A stretch of 64,000 nt of DNA from Candidatus Micrarchaeota archaeon (GTDB taxonomy: Archaea > Micrarchaeota > Micrarchaeia > Anstonellales > J096), in assembly GCA_015523325.1 (NCBI GenBank), contig WAKO01000003.1, positions 77 to 64,076 of the forward strand. Direction: 5' to 3'. This document shows, piece after piece, positions 1-7,193 of this stretch. The notes beneath the pieces were generated by a model, which did no database searches, was not told the DNA's origin, and saw nothing but the letters and a program-made list of their open reading frames with translations. Both the position numbers and the translations under genes were made by a program. How positions within the stretch are numbered: the stretch's first letter is position 1; the number at the start of each line of letters is the position of its first letter.

Positions 1-669
1 ACCAATTCCCCTCCTTGCCTTAAAGAGTCAAAAGCACTCACTATCATCCTCTTTTGCACCCTTGAGAGGGATTTTACTTTTTTCTTTGTTATCATTTTTA
101 TAGCACTTAAGGAGCTTCCTAAGTTTGAGCAAGGAGCGTCAACCAAAGCTTTATCAAAGCACTCCTTATAGGGCAATTTCCTAGCATCCCATAATGTTAC
201 TACAACATTTAAGGCCCCTAACCTATTTATGTTTCCCACTAAAGAACTTAATCTTTTCACTTTCACATCATTAGCAACAACAGCTCCTGTATTTCTCATA
301 AGCATACTAATTAATGTTGTTTTTCCTCCAGGAGAGGCACAGCAATCAATAACTTTTGTGTGTGGTTTAGGATTTAAAACAACAGCAGGAAGCATAGAGC
401 TTAGGGTTTGGGTGTGAATATAGCCTAAAAAGAATTCCAAAGTATTCCCTATTGGAAAATCTTTTGGAAGGGAAAATGCAAAAGGCAATGGAGTTTCCTT
501 TAGCTTCAGGCTTGTAAACTCTAAAAAGTTTTGAATACTTATTTTTAGAGTGTTAACTCTAAACACCCTCTCCATATTTAACATTGCTTCTTCCCATTCT
601 TCTAAAGGAGAAAAGCACTCTATATAATTCTTTCCATAATCTCTATCCACAACCTTCTCTAGGAGATGG

Positions 670-681
670 TTTTTAAATAAC
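670..681 (+). promoter_or_regulatory. TATA-like box (TTTTTAAATAAC) about 25-40 nt upstream of the GC-rich leader module of tRNA-Leu(GAG)
   Basis: AT-rich TATA-like hexamer in otherwise coding-like sequence. Its position matches archaeal promoter spacing relative to the start of the conserved module at ~722. Confidence 0.3.
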
Positions 682-721
682 TTGCTCCAAAAACATAACT
701 TAGTGTCTCTAACTTCGGGAA

Positions 722-867
722 CCTTGGAAGACCTCTCTGGAGGGTCTGGGAGTTGGCCCCGTGAAGAAGGCTTAGAGAAGCCTTAGCTCTGGGAACCTCA
801 GAAAGACCTTTCAGGAGGGTCCACGGGGGGCAAGGCCCCGTGAAGGAAGGTTCAGAGAGGGTTCTTG
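722..867 (+). repeat. GC-rich conserved module, 1.5 tandem copies (partial copy 722-775, full copy 776-867), immediately 5-prime of tRNA-Leu(GAG). Positions 776-896 are identical to 5600-5720.
   Basis: A 121-nt block (776-896) is exactly identical to 5600-5720. About 55% GC in a ~30% GC genome. It contains the perfect hairpin CACGGGG-GGCAAGG-CCCCGTG. The partial upstream copy has the GGCCCCGTGAAG core. Confidence 0.8.
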
Positions 868-951
868 GCAGGGGTCGCCCAGTGGTCAACGGCGCCACCT
901 TGAGGGGGTGGTCCCTTAGTGGGTTCGTGGGTTCGAATCCCACCCCCTGCA
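868..951 (+). tRNA. tRNA-Leu (anticodon GAG), type II with long variable arm, no intron
   Basis: Acceptor stem GCAGGGG/CCCCTGC with discriminator A. 3-bp D-stem. Anticodon stem CCACC/GGTGG with loop TTGAGGG. Variable arm CCC-TTAGT-GGG. T-arm GTGGG-TTCGAAT-CCCAC. CCA is not encoded. Confidence 0.8.
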
Positions 952-1040
952 ACTTATGTATCCATTGTAACTAGTTTCTACTAATAGTTTATCTTTAGTT
1001 TTCTGGAAATTAACCTAAATCTTACTAAGGAGGCGATAGT

Positions 1041-1460
1041 ATGGAGCTAAATCAAACAACCTTGATTATAGGAGTTGTAGCTCTTTTGATTATAGGTTTC
1101 TTTATCTTTTCTCAAGCCACAACTCCTATGCAAGAGCAAATGAATGCAATGGAACAAGAAATGGAAGAGATGATGGATGGAGAGGTTAGAGTTATTAATG
1201 TTGATGGAAGTGAGTTTAGATTTAATCCAAGCACTATTAGAGTAACAAAAGGGGAAAGAGTCAGAGTTGTGTTTAGAAATGTTGGAACTTTGCCACATGA
1301 CTTTGTTATTGAGGGAACAAATATAAGGACTAGGATAATATCTCCTGGAGAAACAGATGCAGTAGAGTTTATAGCTGATAGGACTGGGGAGCTTACATTC
1401 TATTGTTCTGTTGGAAATCACAGGGCAAATGGAATGGAAGGAGACTTAGTTATTGAATAA
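1041..1460 (+). CDS. Membrane-anchored cupredoxin-like (type-1 copper) protein
   Basis: N-terminal transmembrane helix followed by a cupredoxin fold. Candidate copper ligands are His (PHDF), and Cys-x3-His-x4-Met (YCSVGNHRANGM). Confidence 0.65.
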   Translation: MELNQTTLIIGVVALLIIGFFIFSQATTPMQEQMNAMEQEMEEMMDGEVRVINVDGSEFRFNPSTIRVTKGERVRVVFRNVGTLPHDFVIEGTNIRTRIISPGETDAVEFIADRTGELTFYCSVGNHRANGMEGDLVIE

Positions 1461-1461
1461 A

Positions 1462-1500
1462 CTTTGTTCTTTTTCTTTTTTGTTTTTTTAGTTTTTTTCT
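1462..1500 (+). terminator. T-rich tract (archaeal oligo-T terminator candidate) after the cupredoxin gene
   Basis: ttctttttcttttttgtttttttagtttttttc lies directly after the stop codon. Confidence 0.35.
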
Positions 1501-1632
1501 AGTAAAAATTAAGCTTATTTTTAAGATTAAATTTTCTGAAATTAATTTCATTTTTGCTTCATATTTTCTTAGAAATATTTTTCAAATCTATTTCTCTTCA
1601 ACTTTTAAAAGCTATTACAGCGCTCCCCAATC

Positions 1633-2103
1633 ATGGTAGGAAATATTAAGGTTTTGCTAGGATTGGCTTTGTTGCTATTATTGGTTGGTTGCACAAGTGT
1701 TGGAGAGGATTATCCAAACTTAAAGAAGTACTTGAACGGGAGGGAAGTTATTCTTTATAAGAGCAATTTCTGTGGATGTTGTGAGGCATATGCTTCCTAT
1801 TTAGAGGAGAATGGAATAAGAGTAAAGGTTGTTTCAATGGAAAACTTAGAGGAATTAAAAAATAGGATAGGTATTCCTATGACTTATTGGAGTTGCCATA
1901 CTGTTGATTTTGGAGATTTTATTGTGGAAGGGCATGTACCTTTAAGAGCTATTGAAATAGCCTTAAGGGAAAACATTGATTTTGATGTAATAGCATTGCC
2001 TGGAATGCCTGCTGGTTCTCCTGGAATGGGAGGAGTTAAACAAGGAAAGTTTGAAATATCCTTACTAAAAAATGGAGAGGCAGTTGATAATATTTTGATT
2101 TAA
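1633..2103 (+). CDS. DUF411 / CopG-like copper-binding lipoprotein
   Basis: Lipobox-like LLVGC signal and the CxCC motif (FCGCCEAY) typical of DUF411 proteins from copper-resistance loci. A conserved His/Met region follows (HVP, GMPAGSPGM). Confidence 0.6.
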   Translation: MVGNIKVLLGLALLLLLVGCTSVGEDYPNLKKYLNGREVILYKSNFCGCCEAYASYLEENGIRVKVVSMENLEELKNRIGIPMTYWSCHTVDFGDFIVEGHVPLRAIEIALRENIDFDVIALPGMPAGSPGMGGVKQGKFEISLLKNGEAVDNILI

Positions 2104-2155
2104 TCTTATTGGTCTTTGCTTTTTTGGAGTTTGACTAAAAAATGGAGGTGAGCAT

Positions 2156-2533
2156 GTGAAAGGTAATTTAGATTTAAGGAGTTTGGACTTAAAGAGCTTT
2201 ATTGGAGGATTTTTGGTTGCTCTTCTTGTTTTTGGAGCATTCTTTTTAGCAAAACCCCAGCAAGAGGTTTCAGTAGTTTCAACAACTAGTTATTTGGAGA
2301 TTAGGGATGCATTAAAAGCAAAGCTTATGGAAGAGGGAAAGTATAGGTGTTGTATAAAAGAGCCTTGTAGTTATTGCTTGGAGGAAGGAGGTTGTGATTG
2401 CATAGACAAAATAATGGAAGGAAGAGCTCCTTGTGGAGAATGCATTGGGGAAATTTTGGAAGGAAATGCAAACCCTTATCTTTCAGATGAACAAATCTCA
2501 AGAGCTCTCTCAGAAGTTAAGGAAGAGATGTGA
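2156..2533 (+). CDS. TM-anchored cysteine-rich protein (9 Cys in ~50 aa), function unknown
   Basis: GTG start preceded by GGAGGTGA. N-terminal TM helix. Motif CCIKEPCSYCLEEGGCDCIDK...PCGEC. Confidence 0.5.
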   Translation: MKGNLDLRSLDLKSFIGGFLVALLVFGAFFLAKPQQEVSVVSTTSYLEIRDALKAKLMEEGKYRCCIKEPCSYCLEEGGCDCIDKIMEGRAPCGECIGEILEGNANPYLSDEQISRALSEVKEEM

Positions 2534-2574
2534 TTTTTTTCCCTTTTCCTTTCTTTTTGTTTTATTTTTTAACC

Positions 2575-3060
2575 CTATTTTTTCATATTTAGCTTTAAAA
2601 CAACCGCATTTGTCATTCCTCTCCTTTTCCTCTCAATAATATCTTTTGATTCTAGCTTATCCAGAATCCTTGTTATTTTCACCCTACTAAACCCAGTTTC
2701 CTTAACCAACTCACTTTGCAGCATAATTCCTTCATTTTTTAGGAGCAACTCTAGGATTAGCTTTTCCTCTCCTTTAAACATTTTTAGCAACTTTTCAGGT
2801 TTTGCTTCTTGCTTTTTTCCTTCATTGTCAAAGAATAATTGCAGGAGTGAAGCTACTATTATTAAAAGAGAAAGGGTTACTCCAACATAAGCTTCTATTG
2901 GATAATAATCTGAGTGGGGGCAATAGCCCAAAGCTTCTATACACTTATTATCATCAACCTCCTTATATTTTAAGCTCATGTATATTACAATTATTAACAA
3001 TAGGAGAGCTGCAAAAACATTTACTAAAGCTAGTGCTTTCTTTTTTCCTATCATTTTCAT
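2575..3060 (-). CDS. Membrane-associated winged-helix (MarR/ArsR-like) transcriptional regulator
   Basis: Two N-terminal TM segments followed by a wHTH (SELVKETGFSRVKITRILDKLESKDIIERK). Transcribed divergently from the KaiC-like operon. Confidence 0.55.
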   Translation of the reverse strand: MKMIGKKKALALVNVFAALLLLIIVIYMSLKYKEVDDNKCIEALGYCPHSDYYPIEAYVGVTLSLLIIVASLLQLFFDNEGKKQEAKPEKLLKMFKGEEKLILELLLKNEGIMLQSELVKETGFSRVKITRILDKLESKDIIERKRRGMTNAVVLKLNMKK

Positions 3061-3080
3061 CTCAATTAACCACTGTTATC

Positions 3081-3090
3081 TATTTAAAGT
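3081..3090 (+). promoter_or_regulatory. TATA-like box (TATTTAAAGT) ~25 nt upstream of the ATG at 3110
   Basis: AT-rich TATA-like element at the canonical distance upstream of the first in-frame ATG of the 3110-3628 ORF. Confidence 0.35.
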
Positions 3091-3109
3091 TAATACTCCT
3101 TATTTGTTT

Positions 3110-3628
3110 ATGAGTGATGAAGCTATTGAGAAAATAAAGCAAAAGAAAAAAGAGATAATAGAGGAAGGAGGAGTTTTTGCTAGGCTCTATTTCCAGCTTT
3201 TTGGAAAGGAGAAGGAGGCTTTGCTAAACCTTGCAAAAGGATTTTCAGCGGCTTTGGTTAAAGCAAAAGGAGTTGAGATTGGAGCAACCGAGATTGCTGA
3301 AGTTGAAAAATTAGAGGATGGATATTTTTCTACTTATTTGATTGCACATCTTGTGTTTTCTTCCCCAAAAGACTTATTTGAGCTTGTTGTTGATACACAT
3401 CCTTTCTCTATTGAGGTTGTTGAACCAGAGGAGCTAACCCTAAACATTGGAAAAATGAATGAAATATTACATAGCCTCTCTTCCTATTCCTTTGAGCTTA
3501 AGAGAGCTATTCTTGAAGCAAATCCAGAAAAAAGGCAATTAATGAAAAGAATTGCAGCCGAAAGAGTTAGGCTAGGAGAAAAGCTTGGAAAAAAGGAAGA
3601 AAGCTCAAAAAAGGAGGAGCAAAAATGA
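3110..3628 (+). CDS. Hypothetical protein (172 aa), overlaps and is co-transcribed with the downstream KaiC-like ATPase
   Basis: The ORF track extends to 2978, but that stretch overlaps the opposite-strand regulator gene. The internal Met at 3110 has a TATA box upstream. The stop overlaps the next start (ATGA). Confidence 0.45.
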   Translation: MSDEAIEKIKQKKKEIIEEGGVFARLYFQLFGKEKEALLNLAKGFSAALVKAKGVEIGATEIAEVEKLEDGYFSTYLIAHLVFSSPKDLFELVVDTHPFSIEVVEPEELTLNIGKMNEILHSLSSYSFELKRAILEANPEKRQLMKRIAAERVRLGEKLGKKEESSKKEEQK

Positions 3629-4311
3629 TAGGTAATGGTATTATAAAAACTTCTATTCCTGGATTTGATGAGATTTTAGGGGGAGGAATTCCGGTTGGAT
3701 CAATAATTTACATTTCTGGCTCTCCAGGAACAGGTAAATCAATACTTTCTACTCAATTTCTTATAGGAGGAATAAATAGAGGAGAGGTTGGGCTCTATTT
3801 AACAATGGAAGAGCCTAGGGAAAAGTTTGTTTCCCATATGGAAAGAGTTGGTTGGAATATTAGGGCTTATGAAGATAGTAATCAAATGATTATAATTGAT
3901 TATCCTCCTCATGAAGTTGATCAGTTAACCTCTCCTTCCAATCCTTTACTTGAGATAATTAAAGATTATAATGTTTCAAGGGTTGTGATAGATTCAATTT
4001 TGCCTTTAGCTATATCCTTTGATACTGATTATTTGAGAAAAAGAGCGTTCTTCCAATTGATTTCAAATATAAGTGAGTGGGAAACAACAACTTTTATTGT
4101 AGGAGAGGAAACATCCTTTAATCCTTCCAATGGAATCCCTGTTCTTAAGTATGGTTTTGAAACAATAGCAGATGGTTGGATACATATGTATTATGTTAGA
4201 AAGAGAATGGAAAGGAAGAGGTATATTGAAGTTATAAAGCTTAAAGGAATGAACCACTCTACAAGGCTTCATGAGTTTACTGTTTCCAAAGGAATAAGTA
4301 TAAAACCTTAG
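3625..4311 (+). CDS. Single-domain KaiC/RadA-like (RecA superfamily) ATPase
   Basis: Walker A GSPGTGKS. KaiC-like N-terminus IPGFDEILGGGIP. ~228 aa, as in archaeal ArlH/KaiC-like single-domain proteins. Confidence 0.75.
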   Translation: MIGNGIIKTSIPGFDEILGGGIPVGSIIYISGSPGTGKSILSTQFLIGGINRGEVGLYLTMEEPREKFVSHMERVGWNIRAYEDSNQMIIIDYPPHEVDQLTSPSNPLLEIIKDYNVSRVVIDSILPLAISFDTDYLRKRAFFQLISNISEWETTTFIVGEETSFNPSNGIPVLKYGFETIADGWIHMYYVRKRMERKRYIEVIKLKGMNHSTRLHEFTVSKGISIKP

Positions 4312-4356
4312 TTGTTAGCTCTACCAATTGTTTCTTAAATTTCTTAAAGTTACAAG

Positions 4357-5484
4357 TTATTCAAAGCTCTTTTCCCACATTTCCCTAGCTAGCTTTCCTT
4401 CATACATCATTTTCCTTATTTTTTTCTCCACTACTTTCTTTTTTCTTCTATGCTCTTTCAAGTAATTATTTATTTTCTCCACCAACAACATCTTTATTTC
4501 TCCACTTAGCATTTCTCCTTTTGTGTAGCTTCTCGCTATTTCTTCCAACCTTTTGTCATCTTCTTCAAAAAATATACTTAGCCATTGGTAAGGAATGTCA
4601 ACGTTTATGTCTCCCCCATATTTTCTATGCTCTTCTATTGTTGGCTTTCCTCCAGAGAAAGCATATTTCATTATTTTTCTCTTTACTTCCTCTTCTCCAT
4701 CATTTAACCATATAGCTGTTCTTGGGTTTGAAGAGCTCATCTTTCCTTCCAATCCTTGGAGAGGAGGGAAAAACTTACTATGTATTGCAGCAGCTTTATA
4801 ATATCCTAAGCTTTCAGCAATATCCCTTTGTATTCTCCAATATGGGTCTTGGTCTATTCCTGCAGGAATTAAAGCTCTCTTTTTTTCAAAAAAAGTAGGA
4901 ATTATTTGATAAATGGGGTAGAAGCTAAGCCCTACATTTGTCTCATTAGTAAAGCCAAAAACAGCTTTTGCTGTGGAAAAAGTTACTTTTCTTGCTGCTT
5001 TCAGCATTAGCTTATAAACTCTCCCTATGTACTCACTATCTCTAAAAATGAATGTTTTATCCTCATCAAAGCCGATGCTAGCAATATCTTCAATATTTCT
5101 TTTAGCATATTTGTCTACTTCCTCCCAACTTAATCTTTTTTGTAGGAACTTCTCATCATCGCTTATTGCTATGTAGAGGTTTACTCCAAACCTTTTTTGA
5201 AACCATTTAACCAACTCAAAGCTTAAAATATGACCTAAATGCATATCTCCAGTAGGCCCTCTTCCAGTATAAAGGAAGAATCCCTTTCCTTTCTCAAAAT
5301 CTTCTAGCACTTTATCCAAATCTCTGTGTGAGAAGAAAAATCCTCTCCTTATTAATACATGAAGCTCTCCTGCAAGCTTTTCCATTCTCTTCAACAATTC
5401 CTCTCCAATTTTTTTTGTTCCAAACTCTTTTATTAGCTTATTATAATCTATTTTTCCTTCTACTTCCCAAGGGGTTACTCTCAT
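4357..5484 (-). CDS. trpS: Tryptophanyl-tRNA synthetase (archaeal/eukaryotic type)
   Basis: Class I HIGH-region TGDMHLGH and KMSKS-like KMSSS. Overall archaeal TrpRS architecture. 375 aa. Confidence 0.9.
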   Translation of the reverse strand: MRVTPWEVEGKIDYNKLIKEFGTKKIGEELLKRMEKLAGELHVLIRRGFFFSHRDLDKVLEDFEKGKGFFLYTGRGPTGDMHLGHILSFELVKWFQKRFGVNLYIAISDDEKFLQKRLSWEEVDKYAKRNIEDIASIGFDEDKTFIFRDSEYIGRVYKLMLKAARKVTFSTAKAVFGFTNETNVGLSFYPIYQIIPTFFEKKRALIPAGIDQDPYWRIQRDIAESLGYYKAAAIHSKFFPPLQGLEGKMSSSNPRTAIWLNDGEEEVKRKIMKYAFSGGKPTIEEHRKYGGDINVDIPYQWLSIFFEEDDKRLEEIARSYTKGEMLSGEIKMLLVEKINNYLKEHRRKKKVVEKKIRKMMYEGKLAREMWEKSFE

Positions 5485-5564
5485 AGCCCTCTACCTATCT
5501 CTTTTTTCCCTTAAAACCTTTTAAATTGTCTCCCTAAACCCTTTCTTCTCAAAGCTTCCTTTTG

Positions 5565-5573
5565 TTTTAAAAA
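5565..5573 (+). promoter_or_regulatory. TATA-like box (TTTTAAAAA) 27 nt upstream of the start of the GC-rich leader module of tRNA-Leu(CAA)
   Basis: Lies in the divergent intergenic region between trpS and tRNA-Leu. The spacing implies that transcription starts at the module boundary (~5600). Confidence 0.35.
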
Positions 5574-5599
5574 CCCTTTCACCACTAAAACTTTACAAT

Positions 5600-5691
5600 A
5601 GAAGCCTTAGCTCTGGGAACCTCAGAAAGACCTTTCAGGAGGGTCCACGGGGGGCAAGGCCCCGTGAAGGAAGGTTCAGAGAGGGTTCTTG
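5600..5691 (+). repeat. GC-rich conserved module (second copy) immediately 5-prime of tRNA-Leu(CAA)
   Basis: Identical to 776-867. Same hairpin CACGGGG-GGCAAGG-CCCCGTG. Confidence 0.8.
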
Positions 5692-5787
5692 GCAGGGGTC
5701 GCCCAGTGGTCAACGGCGCCGGACTCAAGATAGGATAAGAAATCCGGTCCCTTAGTGGGTTCGTGGGTTCGAATCCCACCCCCTGCA
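5692..5787 (+). tRNA. tRNA-Leu (anticodon CAA) with a ~12-nt anticodon-loop intron
   Basis: Same body as the 868-951 tRNA (D-arm, variable arm, T-arm and acceptor identical). Anticodon stem CCGGA...TCCGG. Loop CTCAAGA after removal of the insert (A)TAGGATAAGAA at the canonical 37/38 position. Confidence 0.7.
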
Positions 5788-5798
5788 ACTTTGGTGGA

Positions 5799-6758
5799 AA
5801 AATGAAAAAGCTGGTTGCTTTGCTTTCTTTAGCTTTCTTGTTGGTGTTGTATTATTTTGCAATATCCTTCTCCTCCTCATTGGAGGAGGTAGGGGTTTTG
5901 CTAGCTTATATAGCAGGCCTTACTATGATTGTTTTGCCTTGCACATTTCCTTTGGTTTTCGTAATAGTTCCTTTGACTTTGGGAAAAGAGTATAAGAAAG
6001 GAATTATTATGGCTATTTTGTTTGGTTTAGGATTAACAATAACTATAAGTATTTATGGAATCCTAACTGCAAAAGTTGGAGAGTTTCTTGGTTTAGATGA
6101 GTTTACAAGGGTTATGTTCTCTTTTGCAGGAATATTGTCTTATGCTTTTGGATTTTCTATGCTCGGTTTGGTTCCCTCTAACCTAATACCCTCTTTGAAT
6201 GTAGGGACTCCTTCCTTTATTTTGAAACAAAAGGATTACATAAGGGCTTTTTTAATGGGGCTATTTTTAGGAAATGCAGGAGTGGGTTGCCCTAACCCAG
6301 CCTTTTATGTTTTACTAACTTATATAGCCTCAACAGGAAGTGTTGTGGAAGGGTTTTTCCTTGGATTTATTCATGGTTTGGGAAGAGCAACTCCCCTCAT
6401 AATATTAGCGGTTTTAGGAGTTTTAGGGTATAATGCTTTAGACTTTTTAAAGAACAATAGGGAGAAGATAGAATCTATAACAGGCTGGATTCTTATTTTA
6501 TTTGGAGCTTTTGTATTAAATTATGGTTTATTTGGAATGTCCTTTTGGGAGGAAAGCTTTATCCATCAAGGCTGGAATGATTTTGTTAGAGATGTTTTTC
6601 CTTCTATAGCTGAGGAAGAAGGGCATGAGGTATTTGAGGGAGCAATTGAAACAGATACTTTAACCCCTTGGATAATAATAGCTATAATGTTTCTGATACC
6701 ATTAATTATAAGAGGAATTAAAGGAATTAAAGCCGAGAGTAAAGAAAAAGAACCGTAA
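5799..6758 (+). CDS. Polytopic membrane protein, CcdA/DsbD-like thiol-disulfide transporter candidate
   Basis: RBS GGTGG before the ATG at 5799. The ORF-track start at 5763 lies inside the tRNA. Multiple TM helices with membrane-embedded Cys (LPCTFP, GVGCPNP). Confidence 0.45.
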   Translation, partial: KMKKLVALLSLAFLLVLYYFAISFSSSLEEVGVLLAYIAGLTMIVLPCTFPLVFVIVPLTLGKEYKKGIIMAILFGLGLTITISIYGILTAKVGEFLGLDEFTRVMFSFAGILSYAFGFSMLGLVPSNLIPSLNVGTPSFILKQKDYIRAFLMGLFLGNAGVGCPNPAFYVLLTYIASTGSVVEGFFLGFIHGLGRATPLIILAVLGVLGYNALDFLKNNREKIESITGWILILFGAFVLNYGLFGMSFWEESFIHQGWNDFVRDVFPSIAEEEGHEVFEGAIETDTLTPWIIIAIMFLIPLIIRGIKGIKAESKEKEP

Positions 6759-6852
6759 TTTTTTAATATTAGCTCTACATACTTTTTCTTTGAAACTAGT
6801 TTCTCCAAATTCTTTAAGTAGGGATGTGGAGTTTTTTGTAGGAGGTGTAAAG

Positions 6853-7065
6853 ATGGAAATGAAAAGCGCATTGCTTTTAGGTGTGGTAGTGATATTGTTT
6901 GTGGTATCCATAGTTCAAACAATGCAACTTATGGAGTTAAAAGATAAAGTGAATAGCGGAGTTGCTTTATCTCAACAATCTCCTTCAGTTCCTCAAAACA
7001 CAGGAAACCCAGGAACACTAAGCCAAAACATAAATAACTTACCAACAATGGTTGGAGGTTGTTAG
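6853..7065 (+). CDS. Small TM protein (70 aa) ending in LPTMVGGC, a mini-paralog of the 7194-8570 protein
   Basis: Start context GGAGGTGTAAAGATGGA is identical to that of the next gene. One TM helix, a QLME motif, an S/Q/N-rich linker, and a C-terminal LPTMVGGC-stop. Confidence 0.45.
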   Translation: MEMKSALLLGVVVILFVVSIVQTMQLMELKDKVNSGVALSQQSPSVPQNTGNPGTLSQNINNLPTMVGGC

Positions 7066-7193
7066 AGTTATAAACTAAGAGTTATATTAGCTAATCAATT
7101 GGTTTTGATTTTTTATTCGTACTTACCTTTAAGATAAGCTAGGCCTTTATGATAGGTAGAGATTATTGGTGTTATTTAAATGGAGGTGTAAAG

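Noticed and set aside
776-951. Interpretation of the tRNA-Leu upstream duplication as an integrase att-site duplication from a mobile element
   Set aside because: Integration normally duplicates the 3-prime part of the tRNA and leaves an integrase nearby. Here the duplicated segment is 5-prime of two complete, different isoacceptor tRNAs, and no integrase is present.
659-952. 97-aa ORF on the minus strand (MQGVGFEPTNPLRD...) and its near-identical twin at 5585-5788
   Set aside because: Both are antisense translations of the tRNA-Leu genes plus the GC-rich leader module. They are near-identical because the underlying DNA repeat is identical. There is no start context, and GC-rich RNA sequences commonly give open antisense frames.
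1047-1421. 124-aa minus-strand ORF overlapping the cupredoxin gene
   Set aside because: Fully antisense to a well-supported CDS. Low-complexity, Cys/Ser/Ile-rich product.
2802-3113. 103-aa plus-strand ORF, and the N-terminal extension (2978-3109) of the 3110-3628 ORF
   Set aside because: Overlaps the minus-strand membrane wHTH regulator gene. The in-frame ATG at 3110 has a TATA box at the correct distance.
4063-4801. Short ORFs (4063-4272 minus, 4521-4715 plus, 4595-4801 plus) inside the KaiC-like and trpS genes
   Set aside because: Antisense or alternative-frame ORFs within strongly supported CDSs.
5763-5798. ORF-track N-terminus MGSNPTPCNFGGK of the CcdA-like gene
   Set aside because: Would be translated from within the tRNA-Leu 3-prime end. 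The ATG at 5799 with RBS GGTGG is the plausible start.
6566-6922. Minus-strand ORFs 6566-6922 and 6702-6911
   Set aside because: Antisense to the end of the CcdA-like gene and to the MVGGC mini-gene. Typical AT-rich spurious frames.
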